This document shows positions 12,281-26,500 of a DNA stretch of 64,000 nt, piece by piece. The position numbers were made by a program, and so were the translations under genes. The first letter of the stretch is position 1, and the number at the start of each line of letters is the position of its first letter. Below the pieces are notes generated by a model, which worked only from the letters and a program-made list of their open reading frames with translations, had not been told where the DNA came from and made no database searches. Source of the DNA: Eledone cirrhosa (lineage: Eukaryota); assembly GCA_964016885.1 (NCBI GenBank), contig OZ024750.1, positions 14,632,001-14,696,000 on the forward strand, read 5' to 3'.

Positions 12281-15200
12281 CACCCTCACACTAATGTGAC
12301 ACAAGCTTAAGCAAGTTTGAATAAAGGTCTTAGATTGTTTAGAAAATATAATTTCTCTCAACATTTTACTAATGTGACTGAGATTTATGAGATTTGTAGA
12401 ACTGAAATAAATAGATAAAAGTAATATAAGCGCTGCACGCAATACCTGCAAGTAGATATATGATCTAAACGTTTGTGAAGAGCATAGTCTTGTTCATTCA
12501 ATGACTGCACAGTTTAAATACCAGAGTTATTCAAATAATGCATGTATATTACTAAATATTTATGTATTTCTCTCAGTTAAAAAATGACAAATTATCAGTT
12601 AACAAATATTGAAATATTTCTCCAAACTCAATACAGAGTTTAGAAGAAAAACATTTGTAATATAAATATTTTATGTGATTGAAATGTTTCAAAGTTAGTC
12701 AAGAAGAATAAATGTTGGTAGTAAATATCCAAACACCTCCACAAAAAGAAAGAAGCACCAGTGAGGAGATTAAATTTCATGCCTTAAGGGAAAAAAAGCC
12801 CTTTTTATAACTTGTGAGATATTTAATTTTTTTCTTTTGAAAATGGAAATCATTTTTTCCCTCCTTTTCTTTTGCTAAGTAATACAGAAGTGAAGATCTA
12901 TTAGAGTTATATAACTAATTACAACCAAACTGTAAAAGAGCAAGGGGTTAATATTCCTAATATAAAGGCTTCAGAAAACATACAAGAAGTGAATAAGAAA
13001 CAAAATAAAAAAAAAACCTCTGCTATATATACTGTTCTGTTCATGCAATAGAAGAGAAAAAGTGGAGAGATTTCAGTGCGAAACCCTGGCACAAATTCTG
13101 GCACCCCACAAATAATTTGGGAGGAGACATGACCAGGTTGGAAATTAATGTGAATGAGAACATCATAGCTAAGGCAGTATAATTTCTTATAAATTTCTTG
13201 TTAAAATTATTATTATTTTTTAAAAAGAAATTAGAATTTTTTTTTATCGAAAGTGTGGAGAGAAATTTTAGTAAGATAGACATGATCCTTGCTATGAAGT
13301 TATGAAGGTGTTAAGTATATTTTCATGACTCAGTGCTACTGGCATAAAATCCCTTCATACCCATTTTCACTGTCTTCTCCGCAAGAACCGTGCCTAAATA
13401 AAGAGAGAAAAATATTTTTTTTTAAAGACATGTTTATTCATGATCATGTGCAATCTCTGATGTAGACATTTTCTTTCTTCACTACAAAAAGTGTCTTTTG
13501 CTGCCAAATTGAAAATTTTCACACACACACACATACACACACATATGTGAGTGTGTATAAATATAATATATTTATATATATAGACTCGAGGGAAAGTTCG
13601 CAACTATATACTGTCACAAAGGTTGATAACTAAATATCTTAAATATCTAGATTTTGGTGTATAAACACTAAACAAAATGAATGAAGGATATAAAAAGATT
13701 AGAAAAAAATGAAAGTTAAATGAAATATCTAGAATAAAGATGGGACTGTTGTTTGGGGGGGGGGGGGGAATGGAGGAGGACAAATTAACTTCAACTAAAA
13801 TTAGTTGTACTGGCTAAATAATTTTTTACATTATATAAATAATTTTCTACATAAAAAAAAAAAAATTATATAACTAGCTTTCAATATAAATGAGATTTTG
13901 AAATAAAACTAAGAGCATAATAAATATTTAAAAAATAAAACTTGTAGAGTGAAATCAAGAATGTTAAAATAATTGTTTTCATATATCAAAGATTATTTGA
14001 AAGGATTATCTTTAAATGAAAGTGATAGAAATGAGACAAAATCTTAACAATAACCTTCCATGTAAAATTTATAAATCTTCAGCATAATATAAAAACCAAA
14101 AGAACTTATTATACAAGAAAAGGTTGACATACAAGAATTAAAAGTTATAATTTTAAAAGTTTTCATTCATTTTATTAATTGTACCATTCCTGGTCATTTT
14201 TTTTCTTTTGTGCTAACATAGGTAGACCTTATTATACACTTGAACAAAGAGTCCTCTGCAACTAACTGCACTGTCAGGCACAGCTAACCACACTATAAAA
14301 TGAAAACGACACCTATAACACAAAAATAGACAGCAAGCAAGCAGAATAATCAGCATTTTTCATTCCTATAATAATCTTTGGTTTATTATTTTCTAAAACA
14401 ATGAATTCTTATAAGATATATATGTATACCATATAAGATATATATAAGATATCTATACTACAGAAAGAAATAAAGAGATAAAAGTAGATACAATTCAGTG
14501 AATAGTGATAAACTAAACAAGGTGTACTGAACAAGAAGATAGAATAACAAGGTGTACTGAATAAAGAGTTAGAATAACATTGATAAGATTTATATATTTT
14601 TCTGTCAATGTTTGACATTAGTTTTTCCATGTTTGAACAGATAGAATTCTTACTTGCAGGAGTAACAATTTTTACATTTGGTTGTTCTGCCTACTACTAA
14701 ACACAAATGGTGGAATCTAGACAAACAGGTGAAAGTAAATTTATGTCCCTTGTTCACAGGGGATAAAATACATAGTTTGTAACTCATTAAATAAATGTGA
14801 ATATTTAAAAAAACTCTATACATAATAGTTACAAAAAACATTTTTGTAAGAAATGGTTACTAGAAATTCAGTTGATTAACATTTCCTTTGGGTAATGATT
14901 GAAAAAATACAATTGCAAATACAACAGCCAAAATAGGGTTCCCTGAAGGATATATAACTTGGAGATCAGGGAGTTACTCTAGGTAAAGCCACTACTTCTC
15001 TGAATCGAGGGATTACAGCTCAGGTACTATGGACATGTGGTTAGAATGTCTTAGGAAAGAATCATCAGACAGATTTTATGAACAAAACCAATCTGAAGTA
15101 AACCACAAGCAAGATGGTTGAATAGCATCCGTGAGCTCAGTTGGTCTTGCTTGGGGATCCAGCTGAATCATTTGGAGACAGTTGCCTCTGATAGGACTCC

Positions 15201-17520
15201 CTGGAAGGTGTGTTTGAAGACTCTGTCCCCACGACCCTCCCAGGAATAAGTGGGCAAAGAAGAACATTGCCCATGTAATCTATTACCTTACCTCCCACTC
15301 CTTGAAGACCTTTATTATAATATAAAGTGTAACAATGAATTAGTTTTGAAGAGAACCATCAAAGAGAGTCATCAGCTCTATATTTAGCGTGTGAGACAAT
15401 GATAAATTCCAAAGTATTATCTGTTATCTACATTTAAGACAAGTAAACAATGAGAAATATATTGCATTTTGGATTGACAATGAAAATGTGACAATGCAAA
15501 AATCAAATAGTTATATTTTCTGTGTAAAAATGAAAAACAAAATATATTCATATTGTTAACTATTACTAAATTATGTCTAGTATAATTAACACACTTTCGC
15601 CTTTCATTGCTATGGAGAAACACATATTTATAAAGAAATAATTATTTAATTTCAGACTAAATACAAAGCTAATTACTGTAAGGAAAAGAGACTCATCACC
15701 ATTTAATGTCTATTTTTCATGCTTGCATGGTTTAGACGGGTTGTCATGTACCAAGGCTAGCCATACTGGTCAGGTGACTACATCTTCCTCATACACTCAG
15801 TTTTGGAGTCAGTTTCTAAAGCTGGAGGCTCTTCCTAATGCCAACCACTCTACGTGTTCTGGAAGCATCTTATCATGACTTCCAACACTACCACCTTGCA
15901 GGGTGGATAGACCACTTTTTTGTATGACACAAGTACTGCTGCCTTGCAGTGTGGACTGGGAGCTTTCCCTTGTAACTCCAGCACTACTACATTAAAGAAT
16001 AGTGAATTGAATTGGCATTAACTAGTTATTTCACTGAGGAACTGGAATCATATGATTCCAGTTCCTCAGTGAAATAACAACCCAACCAGGAACTGGGCAT
16101 ATCAGAGTATTGACAAAGTTATACACCTCAACAACATGTGTACTCGTCTCTACCACACTAATTCGGACTGCCTGAAGAGGTCACAGCCAAAGATGGCTGT
16201 CACCGAAATATATATAGCAGTAATAAACGAAGCCAAATTTTAAACATTTGACTTATTTATTTAACTTTATTTTACATTACTCTGGAGTAACCAAACCAAT
16301 CTGCGCACTTCGTCGAGTGCTCCAATCTGCATACTGAAGTGTTGGTATATAACCAACATATACTCAAAATTTATATATATATATACCCCCCCCCCCCCCC
16401 CCCCCTTCCATACACCCCCACACCACCCTCCCACTTCTGTCCACACCAGCCTTACACTGTAAAATTATGTTGGTATCACAAAAACATCTAGCCCACACCG
16501 TAAGGTGGTTGTGTAGGAGTCACGACAAAAAGCACCCAGCACTCACTGTAAATGTGGTTGGCGTTAGGAAGGTCATCCAGCTGTAGAAATCTAGCCAGAA
16601 ACAGTCCAATATGAGCAAGACATGGTCACCTGATCCAACTTGCCTCTAATGAGACAAACCCATCTAACCCATGCTAGCATGGAAAATAGACGCTAAATAA
16701 TGATGATGATGATATATATATGTGAGTCCCGGGTTCAATCAGGGGTAACCACAATGAAACAGTTCTAGTCCTGTAGAAGCCATTTCTAGATTAAACATGA
16801 TATATATATATATATATATATATAGTTGATCGACTTTCGTCAAACCGGATCGAAGAAACAATGTTTTCATTGGTCTTTCCAATTGCTAATACTTTGTATC
16901 GGTCGCAACTCCAGGTAGAAGGAGCAACGTGAAATAAAGTGTCTTGCTCAAGGACATAACGCATCACGCATTCTGGGAATTGAACTCACAACCCCACGAT
17001 TGCGAATCCAATTCTCTAATCACTCAGCCACACGCCTTCACACACACACACACACACACACACATATAACTTCAATCCTAATCATATACCAAATAAACCA
17101 ATGAAATCATCAACAAGGGCGGTGCCCCAGCATGGCCTCAGCCGGATGGCTGAAACAGGTAAAAGAGTAAAAGAGTAATATTAAAAGTTTTGATGAATTT
17201 GAATTGCATGTGCCTGGATGATGTAAACAGTGAATGCTAAATGTGGTGACTCGGCTTATGTAATTACTGAAGGATGATGTGATTGGTGAGAAATGTGATG
17301 AATCATTGAAAGTGCATAAGTGTGGAAGCAGTCAATATAATTGTGCAAGCTGTGGAATAAGCCAATCTGACTAATCTAACAGAGATTAGTTACTGCATTG
17401 ACATTAATACACATCTGTTCTGTTAGTGTGTGTGCTTGTGTGTAGATCTTTATAGTTTTACATCTATTTTCTAAGCTTGCATGGATTAAACCAGTCTGTC
17501 TGTCTCTGTCTCTCTCGCTA

Positions 17521-17570
<50 letters not shown>

Positions 17571-20500
17571 TAACATCATCAGTTTTACACTTGTTTTTCC
17601 ATACCTGCATGGGTTGGATAAGACATTTTGAGGCAAAATTCTATGTATGAACGCCAATTCCTAATGCCAGCCCTCACTTCCCACAGATGTTAGCACGTCT
17701 AACTGATGAAGAGCAGGATCTCTTTATGCATAACATAAACAAATTGGACTCCCAGTGATGTTGAATGCAAAGGGATGAGAAGAGACAAACAAATACACAC
17801 ACATGTATGTAGCAAATTTTTGTCTATCAAATTCACTGTTATGGTAATAGTTGGCCCTAGGCTAGAGCAGAAGACATTTATTCAAGACTTTATGGTTGCG
17901 AAGTGAACTTCTTAACCACATAGCTATGCCTGCACTATATATATATATATATATCATCATCATCATCGTTTAACGTCCATCTTCCACGCTTGCATGGGTT
18001 TGGACGAGAGTTTTCCCACTTGAGGCAAGAGTGGTTGTCTTGCTCGCATAGGACTGTCTGGTGGGTTTTCTACGGCTGGATGCCCTTCCTAACACCAATA
18101 TATATATATATATATACATACATAATAACACAAATACATGATGGGCTCTGTAGAGTTTCTGATTACAAATTCAACTCAAAATCATAGAATTGGTCAACTG
18201 GGGCTATAGTAAAAGACACTTATTGAAGATGTCATACAGTAGAATAGAACCCAAACCAAATAGTAGCGAAGCAAACTTCTTAACCACACAACCAGATTAC
18301 TAGTAATTCACATAATTTCACTGATGTACACACAATAGCAGATGACTGCAACAAGTATAAGGCGCTATGAGATTTTCTCCAATTAAGATGTAGCCTGAAT
18401 GCTGATCTTCGAAATTAGTGGTTTTTAATCATATTAGAACTTTTACAAATACGATTGTCTTTTAATATTTCTTAACCTGTAGTATACAGGTATCATCCAC
18501 TGTTGTACACTACCACCTTCCATGGACAGGTAAGCTGTACATAGGTATCATCCACTGCAATCTTAACACATTATAACACTACTACCTTCCATATACAAGT
18601 ATGCAAAAGAATGAGAACATGCTCATCTAGTAATTTAGTACACACTACATATATCAAAATCTTGTACTACAACTATCCTACTTATAAACACCATGCAACT
18701 AAAATACTAGAAGTCACTACAAATGCTAGACCTCGTAATCTCCGATGATAGACAAGATAGAATAAATAAGTATCACACGTGGAAAAAAAAAAAAAAAAAA
18801 AAGTTACTTGGGTCAGTATGATCAATTAGAGGCGGTGCCCCAGCATGGCCACTGTATGACTAAAACCAGTAAAAGAATAGAAAAAATACTGAAACTATCA
18901 CATAAACTCTAAAATAAATCCTCTTTCTAAACTACATTTGAATGTAAATGTCAAGTCCAGGTATCACTAGAGAAATGTCCAAATGTAATGAAGGAAAAGC
19001 TATTGTTTTCCTGCAAAATAACCATTACATTGTGTGCATATGTGTAAATGCACATGCATTTTCAGAACTGTCATTTGCCAGAAACTACTGCGGTAGTTAC
19101 CACAGGGTACTCAAATATATAGGGAAAAGAATAATCCTTTCCTTTTACCTGTGCACAGACACACACACACATCTATATATCCATATATACACACCATTTT
19201 ATGCCCACATTCCACATTAGCATGGGTTGGGCAGGTTAAGGTTCAATTCAGTTTTTATTTGGAGTTATTACTCTCATCAATAGGTCAAGAGACCACAATT
19301 ACATGTATATTGGCCCTTCTTAACACCAACCACTGTTGTCTCCCTTTGATTACCAACCACATTACAGAGTGTACTGGGTGCATTTTACTGAGGCACTAAC
19401 TAGCATTAGAGAAGTTGTTCTTGAGAAGACGAAAGAATCCTCTCAATCCTAGTCTCTGATCATCACCCACTTTAGAAGGTGTAGTACACTGAGTGTATTT
19501 TATTGTGACAATAAAGAGGCTGCTTTGTCCACTCCTCCACTCCATTCTTTCAAGACTAACATGACTGAGAGGGAGGGTGATTAAAGCGGGGAGTGATAAC
19601 CAAGAGCTGAATGAAAGGAGAGAGGGTATGATTTGAGTAAAAGGTTAAAAAGAGTGGATGACAGTGGTGGGTAGGAGATTGAGAGGGAGCATAGCATAAG
19701 CAGCACCATTAGGGATGTGCACACCAGTAGGATGGAATGAATGAAGAGTGCCACAGAGGAGTAAGTGATAGATGTTGACTAAGGGTCTCATGCAGAGTAG
19801 GGAGAGGGTAAGTGATAGAGTGATGATATTAAACGGAGTTCAAGTGATGGGCATCATCAAAGAAACGGTGAAAGTGGGAGGGGCTAGAATATGATGTGTA
19901 AATGACAAGGTTAAAGAGGGGAGATAATAATAATAATACAAATAGTAATGGATAGTGAGATTGACTAGGAGGGGCTTAGGTGCCCTCCCTCTCCTATTAC
20001 ATAACCAACATGGTGTACTGTCATAGAACAGAGAGAGAGCTGTGACTAAATCCTAACCTCCATCACCATAAACTACCATATTTAACCCTTTAATGTTCAA
20101 ACTGCCCAGAATTCTCTCACCTCTTTCTGTTGAAACTGGCCACTCATACTGATGTTAAGGTATTGTTCTCAAAATAAATACTTTCAAAATCTCAAAGATT
20201 CAATATTATGTGAGATAATTATGCGAGGTAAGGCCTTTACATGAAAATATAATAGTATATATAGAGTAATGTGAATGCTAAAGGGTTAACAGCAAGTTAT
20301 CAGTCAACATAGTCATGTATCATTTCCTTTGTAAGCTTTAGTTTGTTGAGACCAGCCTTCATCACTTCATCCTATGCCCACTTTGGACCCCCTTCTCCAC
20401 AAGTTCCAGTCACTGCACATGCTTGACACACCTTTATACAACTGTTCTCTATATGCACCACAAATCCATATCACTGCAGTTACCTGTCTTGTTACATCTT

Positions 20501-23500
20501 GCATCTGATTCCTTTTATATTCAATTTTTCTTATATTTACACTCAGGAACAAAAATGTGATGGAATATGAAAGCAGTAAGTGGAATGAACACAAAACTAT
20601 TAACTCTGCATTATGTGTTCAGAAAAGATGTTTATGTTACATCTAGATGCTAAATTATAGCTACCAAATAAACTGAGCTAAATTACCTGTGATAAACTAG
20701 CATTAAATTTATAGAAGAGATTTGCTACTTATACAAAGTTGCTGTATCTTTAACCCTTTAGCATTTAAACTGGCCATGTCCGGCCAGAATTCTCTCACCT
20801 CTTTCTGTTCAAAACAGCCGCAACTGGCCGCTCATACTGACGTTAAGGTATTGTCCTCAAAATAAATAACATCAAAATTTCGTAAACTCGATATTATGTG
20901 AGATAAAGTGGTACGAAAATACAATAGTATAGATAAAGTAATGTAAATGCTAAATGTTTAAGGGCTTATATCAAAAACTTTACTTTCATCAGAGTTTCTA
21001 TGGAAAAGCAACTAATAGTGCTAATGGTAGTGATAGTAAAACAAGAGACATCCAGTGAATATAAATGTGCAGGAACAATGGTAGCTACAGTAAAGAAAAC
21101 AATTAAGATGATATAAAGTATGAACAAGTGTTTGACTTTCTTGTTCAGTTTTAGTGACCAATCATTGAATGAAATAAGCTATCAAAACACCATGTAGGTA
21201 ATACAACACTCATACTGATGTACATAATTTGGTGCTTATTATAATTCATGCCAAGTTGTGTTTAAGAATTCCACTAATTAGTGGAATTAATTATAATTTA
21301 CAAGAAAAATTTATGTAAAAATCAATCTTCAGTATTTTAAGCCAGAGTTAAAGATTTAAGGTAACTTTTCTATCTAATGAGATGAAAGTTTCATAAAATA
21401 AATACTTTAATTCAGAAAACAAAAGCACTTCAACATATACTGTTCAAAAGAATTGTCTTTTAAATCCTAATTTTTTGATTATATATCAATTAAATAAAAA
21501 AGCTAACTAATCACAAATAATTGTAGGCAGAACATTTAAAAAAAAAATAGAGTAATCTTGTAACTGGATTCTATGAAACACTCTGTTATAACAAACTTAA
21601 TATGTTCAGTATTGTAAATAACAGTATTATAAATAAGAAAGGTAAATAAAATGCCACAATTAACTAGTATGAAAGGATTGAGGTGAAATTTATGGAGTGA
21701 AGAAACAAAATTAGTGACAACTTGACAGAGAATCAGTAACAAATAGAAAGTTCCAACATGGAAGAAAAGAAAACTGACACAAAGTTAAAGCAAAACTAAT
21801 TATCAATGCCTTCATCAAAATTAAAAAAACAAGGAAAAAAGAGGGAAAATTTAAAAAACAATAAAACAAACAGGAATCCTGAATAGAATCAGGATATGAC
21901 TGTTTGAGCTACATAGTTTGTAAAGGACGAAAAACATATTTGCTAGATACGATTTAAAAAAAAAAATAAAAAAAATTATAAGTTTACTTTAAAATCTATA
22001 ATATTGGGGGAAGAGGTAACTAAACCAAACTCAGTAGTTGACTGGTATTTTATGCTATCTTCTCCGGAAAGAAGAACGACAATGTAGAGCTGGGTAGGAT
22101 TTGAACTTAGAAGGCAAAGAGCCAGAAATAATAACTGTTTCTACTTTTGGCACAAGGCCAGCAATTATCGCAGTACATTACTGGTATTTTATTTTATCGA
22201 CCCCGTAAGGATGAAAGGCAAAGTTAACCTTGGCGAGATTTGAACTCAGAATGGCAAGAGCCGTAACTCTATGTGTCAAAGCATGGTGTCCGACCCTCTA
22301 CTGGTACTGCCAATCCACTGCCAGAAATAATAATGATGGCAATACTACTACTACTACTGTCAACAACAATAACACCAATTTCTAAGCAATTGGTATAATG
22401 GGTTGACTCAATCCATTATATATTATTCATTTTTATTTCATGAATGTCAATTCTTATAACATTTCATCTTAAGAGACAGAATAAAATACTAGAATATATT
22501 AAATCTTCTCTGGTGTATATGTGAATCCATCAAAATGTCACAGGTATTTGTATATGTACAGAAGTATGCCTATATAGATATATAATCAATAAAAATAGAT
22601 TATTATTATTATTTTTTTTTCTTTCAATAAATTTCACCACTATATTGTAGTGCTACAAAATAAACTCCATTTAAACCCATATAATTGTTTCTACTTTAGG
22701 CACAAGGCCAGCAATTTAGGGGGAGGGAAAAGTAGATTAAATTGACCCCAGTGCATTACTGGTACTTTATTTATCGGCCTCGTAAGGATGAAAAGCAAAG
22801 CTAATCTCGGCAGGATTTGAACTCAGAACTTAAAGGGCTGTAACTATACCATGAAGCATGTTGTCCAATGCTCTACCAATACTGCAATTCTATCAATTTT
22901 GAGGTGACATATCAAATAAAAGATGAGAGTAACCTGACATTCTCTCAACTAGTCCTAATGTCATTTGTAAGAAAACAGTGTGTGATAGTTACCAAGGTAC
23001 AATAGTTATTCTAAAGTAAATTTAATTTAGGTCTTTTAATATTTCCCTCTTTTATTTTTTTTTTTTCAATAACACTAACCAAATAAAATAAAGCAGCCAG
23101 AACATATAAATATGTAAAATATTGAGAAATCAAAACATTTTTTTCCAGTAAACACGATGACCAAAATTAGGAACAATTTAGCAATGATTGTAAAATTACT
23201 CACGCATAGTGGTGGGCAATAGGAGTTCCCGGTGCAGATATGTAGGCACCTGTATTTGACTGAACGCTACTCTCGGAGGGACTGTTAGACAAAGAGTCAT
23301 TAGCAGTACTGTGTCTTCTAACCACTTTGCCTTCTGCATCAGCCATATAATTCTGTAACAGAAAATAACATCTTATTTCAAATGACTTTTTCAAACAGCA
23401 ACAAATACACCCTCCATTTCTAACCATCATAGTTTTCTCAAATGTGTTTTTTTTTTACTGATATAATTGTTGTAGAAGCAAATATAAAAGGAGAGCAATA

Positions 23501-26500
23501 CATATAGAAAAAGAATAATGATGGGAAAGCAATACATATAGAAAAAGAATATTGATGGGAAAGCAATACAAATAATTGTATGTGGTAGAGAATAGATTAA
23601 CTAGTTTTCTCTCTAACGAAGGGTAATAACTCTTTGGATATTCATACAGGTTATATATACCAGCACAATCTTCTCTCTTCTATGCAATGTCTCTAATTGG
23701 ACACTAATATTCCACATCTAACGAAGTATGCTTATTGCATTTCTTTCTAGGCTACACTACATATGCCCTAGACTTATTATTATGCAACATTACACTATGT
23801 ATACAGGCTTCATGTAATCTACCCTTTCCTTGGAGAGAGAACACCATCGTTGCCAACAGAGATAGTAAGCAAGCTCCATAAACATGTTCAACTCACCCTC
23901 CTCCACTGCTAATCAGATCACTTAAGTAACAGAAGCTATCAACTGCTTCTATGGATTGCACTGATAATTGTACAGCTAGCTACTGTGCATTTATCACACA
24001 CAAAATCTATTTTCTCTGTTAGAGTGTGATGGTAATTCCATATGGTGCACTCAATTTACAGTGTGTGCTGGGTGCTTTTTGCTGTGTCTTTTACACAACC
24101 ACTTTACAGTGTGGGCTGGGTGCTTTTTGCCATGTCTTTTACACAACCACTTTACAGTGTGGGCTGGGTGCTTTTTGCTGTGTCTTTTACACAACCACTT
24201 TACAGTGTGTGCTGGGTGCTTTTTGCTGTGTCTTTTACACAACCACTTTACAGTGTGGGCTGGGTGCTTTTTGCTGTGTCTTTTACACAACCACTTTACA
24301 GTGTGGGCTGGGTGCTTTTTGCTGTGTCTTTTACACAACCACTTTACAGTGTGGGCTGGGTGCTTTTTGCTGTGTCTTTTACACAACCACTTTACAGTGT
24401 GTGCTGGGTGCTTTTTGCTGTGTCTTTTACACAACCACTTTACAGTGTGGGCTGGGTGCATCTATCTATAACATTCTTACTTTAGTATTACACAAGCTTA
24501 TTATAAACAAGGTTTACCTCAAATTTGATTAGTTCCTGGTTCAATCGGTCAAGTTTCTGTGCATTCTCTTCCAGTTTTTTATCCAAGCTGCTTGCATCAC
24601 CAAGTGCTGGATTGTTTATATACACATCTTTCATCTTCAACATACCTTCCCTACCAAACAGAAATTAACAAAGTATAAAACATCACTGTAACTGTATCGT
24701 GTTCAAAATTTACTGAAAATGTTTCTAATAATCTGTCTACTAGTAAAGATACTATAAACATTTGAATTAAGAAGCCCATTTTTAGATATTTTCTGCTAAA
24801 TCATTACAGTAGCCAACCACTATACTCTAAAATAGTTTGAAGTTCATAAGGAAATTATTCTATAAACAGAAATCAGAATATGAAAGTATATAAGATCAAA
24901 CTGTAAAATCTACAAAGTATTTTAGAAAAACTCCTTTCATATTCGTTTCTTATTTTTCAATCAACTTTATTCATCTTAATACTTTTAACACTTTCTATAA
25001 CAAAAATAAATGTTTAAATGTTTCTTTTTATCACTATTTCAATCCTCAATTGTAATAGCAATAAATATAAATAATTTTCAAGTAATTTGAAATATAAATG
25101 TTAAAACAAGAGGAAGATAAGTGCATTGAAGCCATTTCAAAATACCTTTCAGCTGTTTCTTTACTAATTTCTTTGTTTATAAGATCAATCTTCTGCTGTA
25201 GTTTCTTTCTCCTCTGATTGGGAGGTAGATCACTGAAGTCTTCTTTCTGATCATCCACCTGAAATACAAAGATAAAAAGTTTTAAATATTAAAATAAAAA
25301 TCATAATTTAAAAAGAAAATGAAATAAAGTGAACATAAAATCTTGGATCAACATAAATATTTGATCACTTAAACAAAAGTCAACAAACAGCCAATACAAT
25401 TTAAAGAACTATAAACTAATATCCATAACAAACACTATTATAGGATCATACCAGATTAACTGAAGTTTACTACAATAACACTAACACCAATAAACTATCA
25501 TCTATCCAAAGTAATGAAGTAATCCTTAAAACACATCAATGAGTTGGAAAGTTTTAGTATGAACAACATAGTCATCTGATAAGAAGTTTTCGCAAAAACT
25601 GATTTAAATGAATCAAAATATTTAATTATAAACAAACTTAAAAAAAATAAACGTAATTTTTATCATCTGAGCAGCAAATTTCTAGGAAAAACTACAAATG
25701 ATATTCTTTTTATTTACTTATCCAAGTCTACAGTGATAGTAAGACTATACAATTTGAAGGTGGACTGAGTAGAAAACATTTAATGTAAACCAAAATGTAA
25801 ACATATATTCAATCAACATTCTTGTTACTATGTAAAAAATGCTATCTATATATAGTGATAGGAGAAAGTCATATCTTCTAATCAATTCTCTCTGGAAAAA
25901 AAGATAATGGCTTTTGATTTAGGTACAAGGACAACAATTTGTGGGGAGGGATAAGTCAATTGAATTGACCCAAGTGCATTACTGGAACTTTATCTTATCG
26001 ACTCTGTAAGGAAGAAAGGCGAGATTTCACCTCAGAATGTAAAGGGCTGTAACTCTATGCTGCAAAGCTTGGTGTCTAATGCTATACCTCAAAACCACCA
26101 CCCAAAATAAATAAAAATAATAATAAAAGGGATTTTTAAGTTAGGCACAAGGTCAAAAATTTGAGGAAAGGATATAGTTAGTGAATTAAATTGATAGAGG
26201 TAGCTAACTGGTATTTACTTTAGCAACAGTAGAAGGATGAAAAGCAAAGAAAACTCAAATGGGATATCAACACAAAATGTTACAAGATATTTTGTTCAGT
26301 ATTCTTGTGATTCTACCATTCACCAACATAATAATGGTCTTTAATTTAGGCACAAGGCCAGTAATTGGGAGGGGAAGAGAGTCGATTAAATTGAATCCAG
26401 TATTTGACTATTCCCATTGTCAGTGCAGTTACCAAACCCATATGGACCTAGGACATGCTCAAACCCTTTTCTACTTCCTCCAATCTGGGCATTCATAACC

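Noticed and set aside
21267-21288. Perfect 22-bp palindrome aattccactaattagtggaatt
   Set aside because: Isolated and short; no supporting context for a function
24026-24532. Cys/His-rich repetitive ORFs on both strands
   Set aside because: Translation of the 48-bp minisatellite
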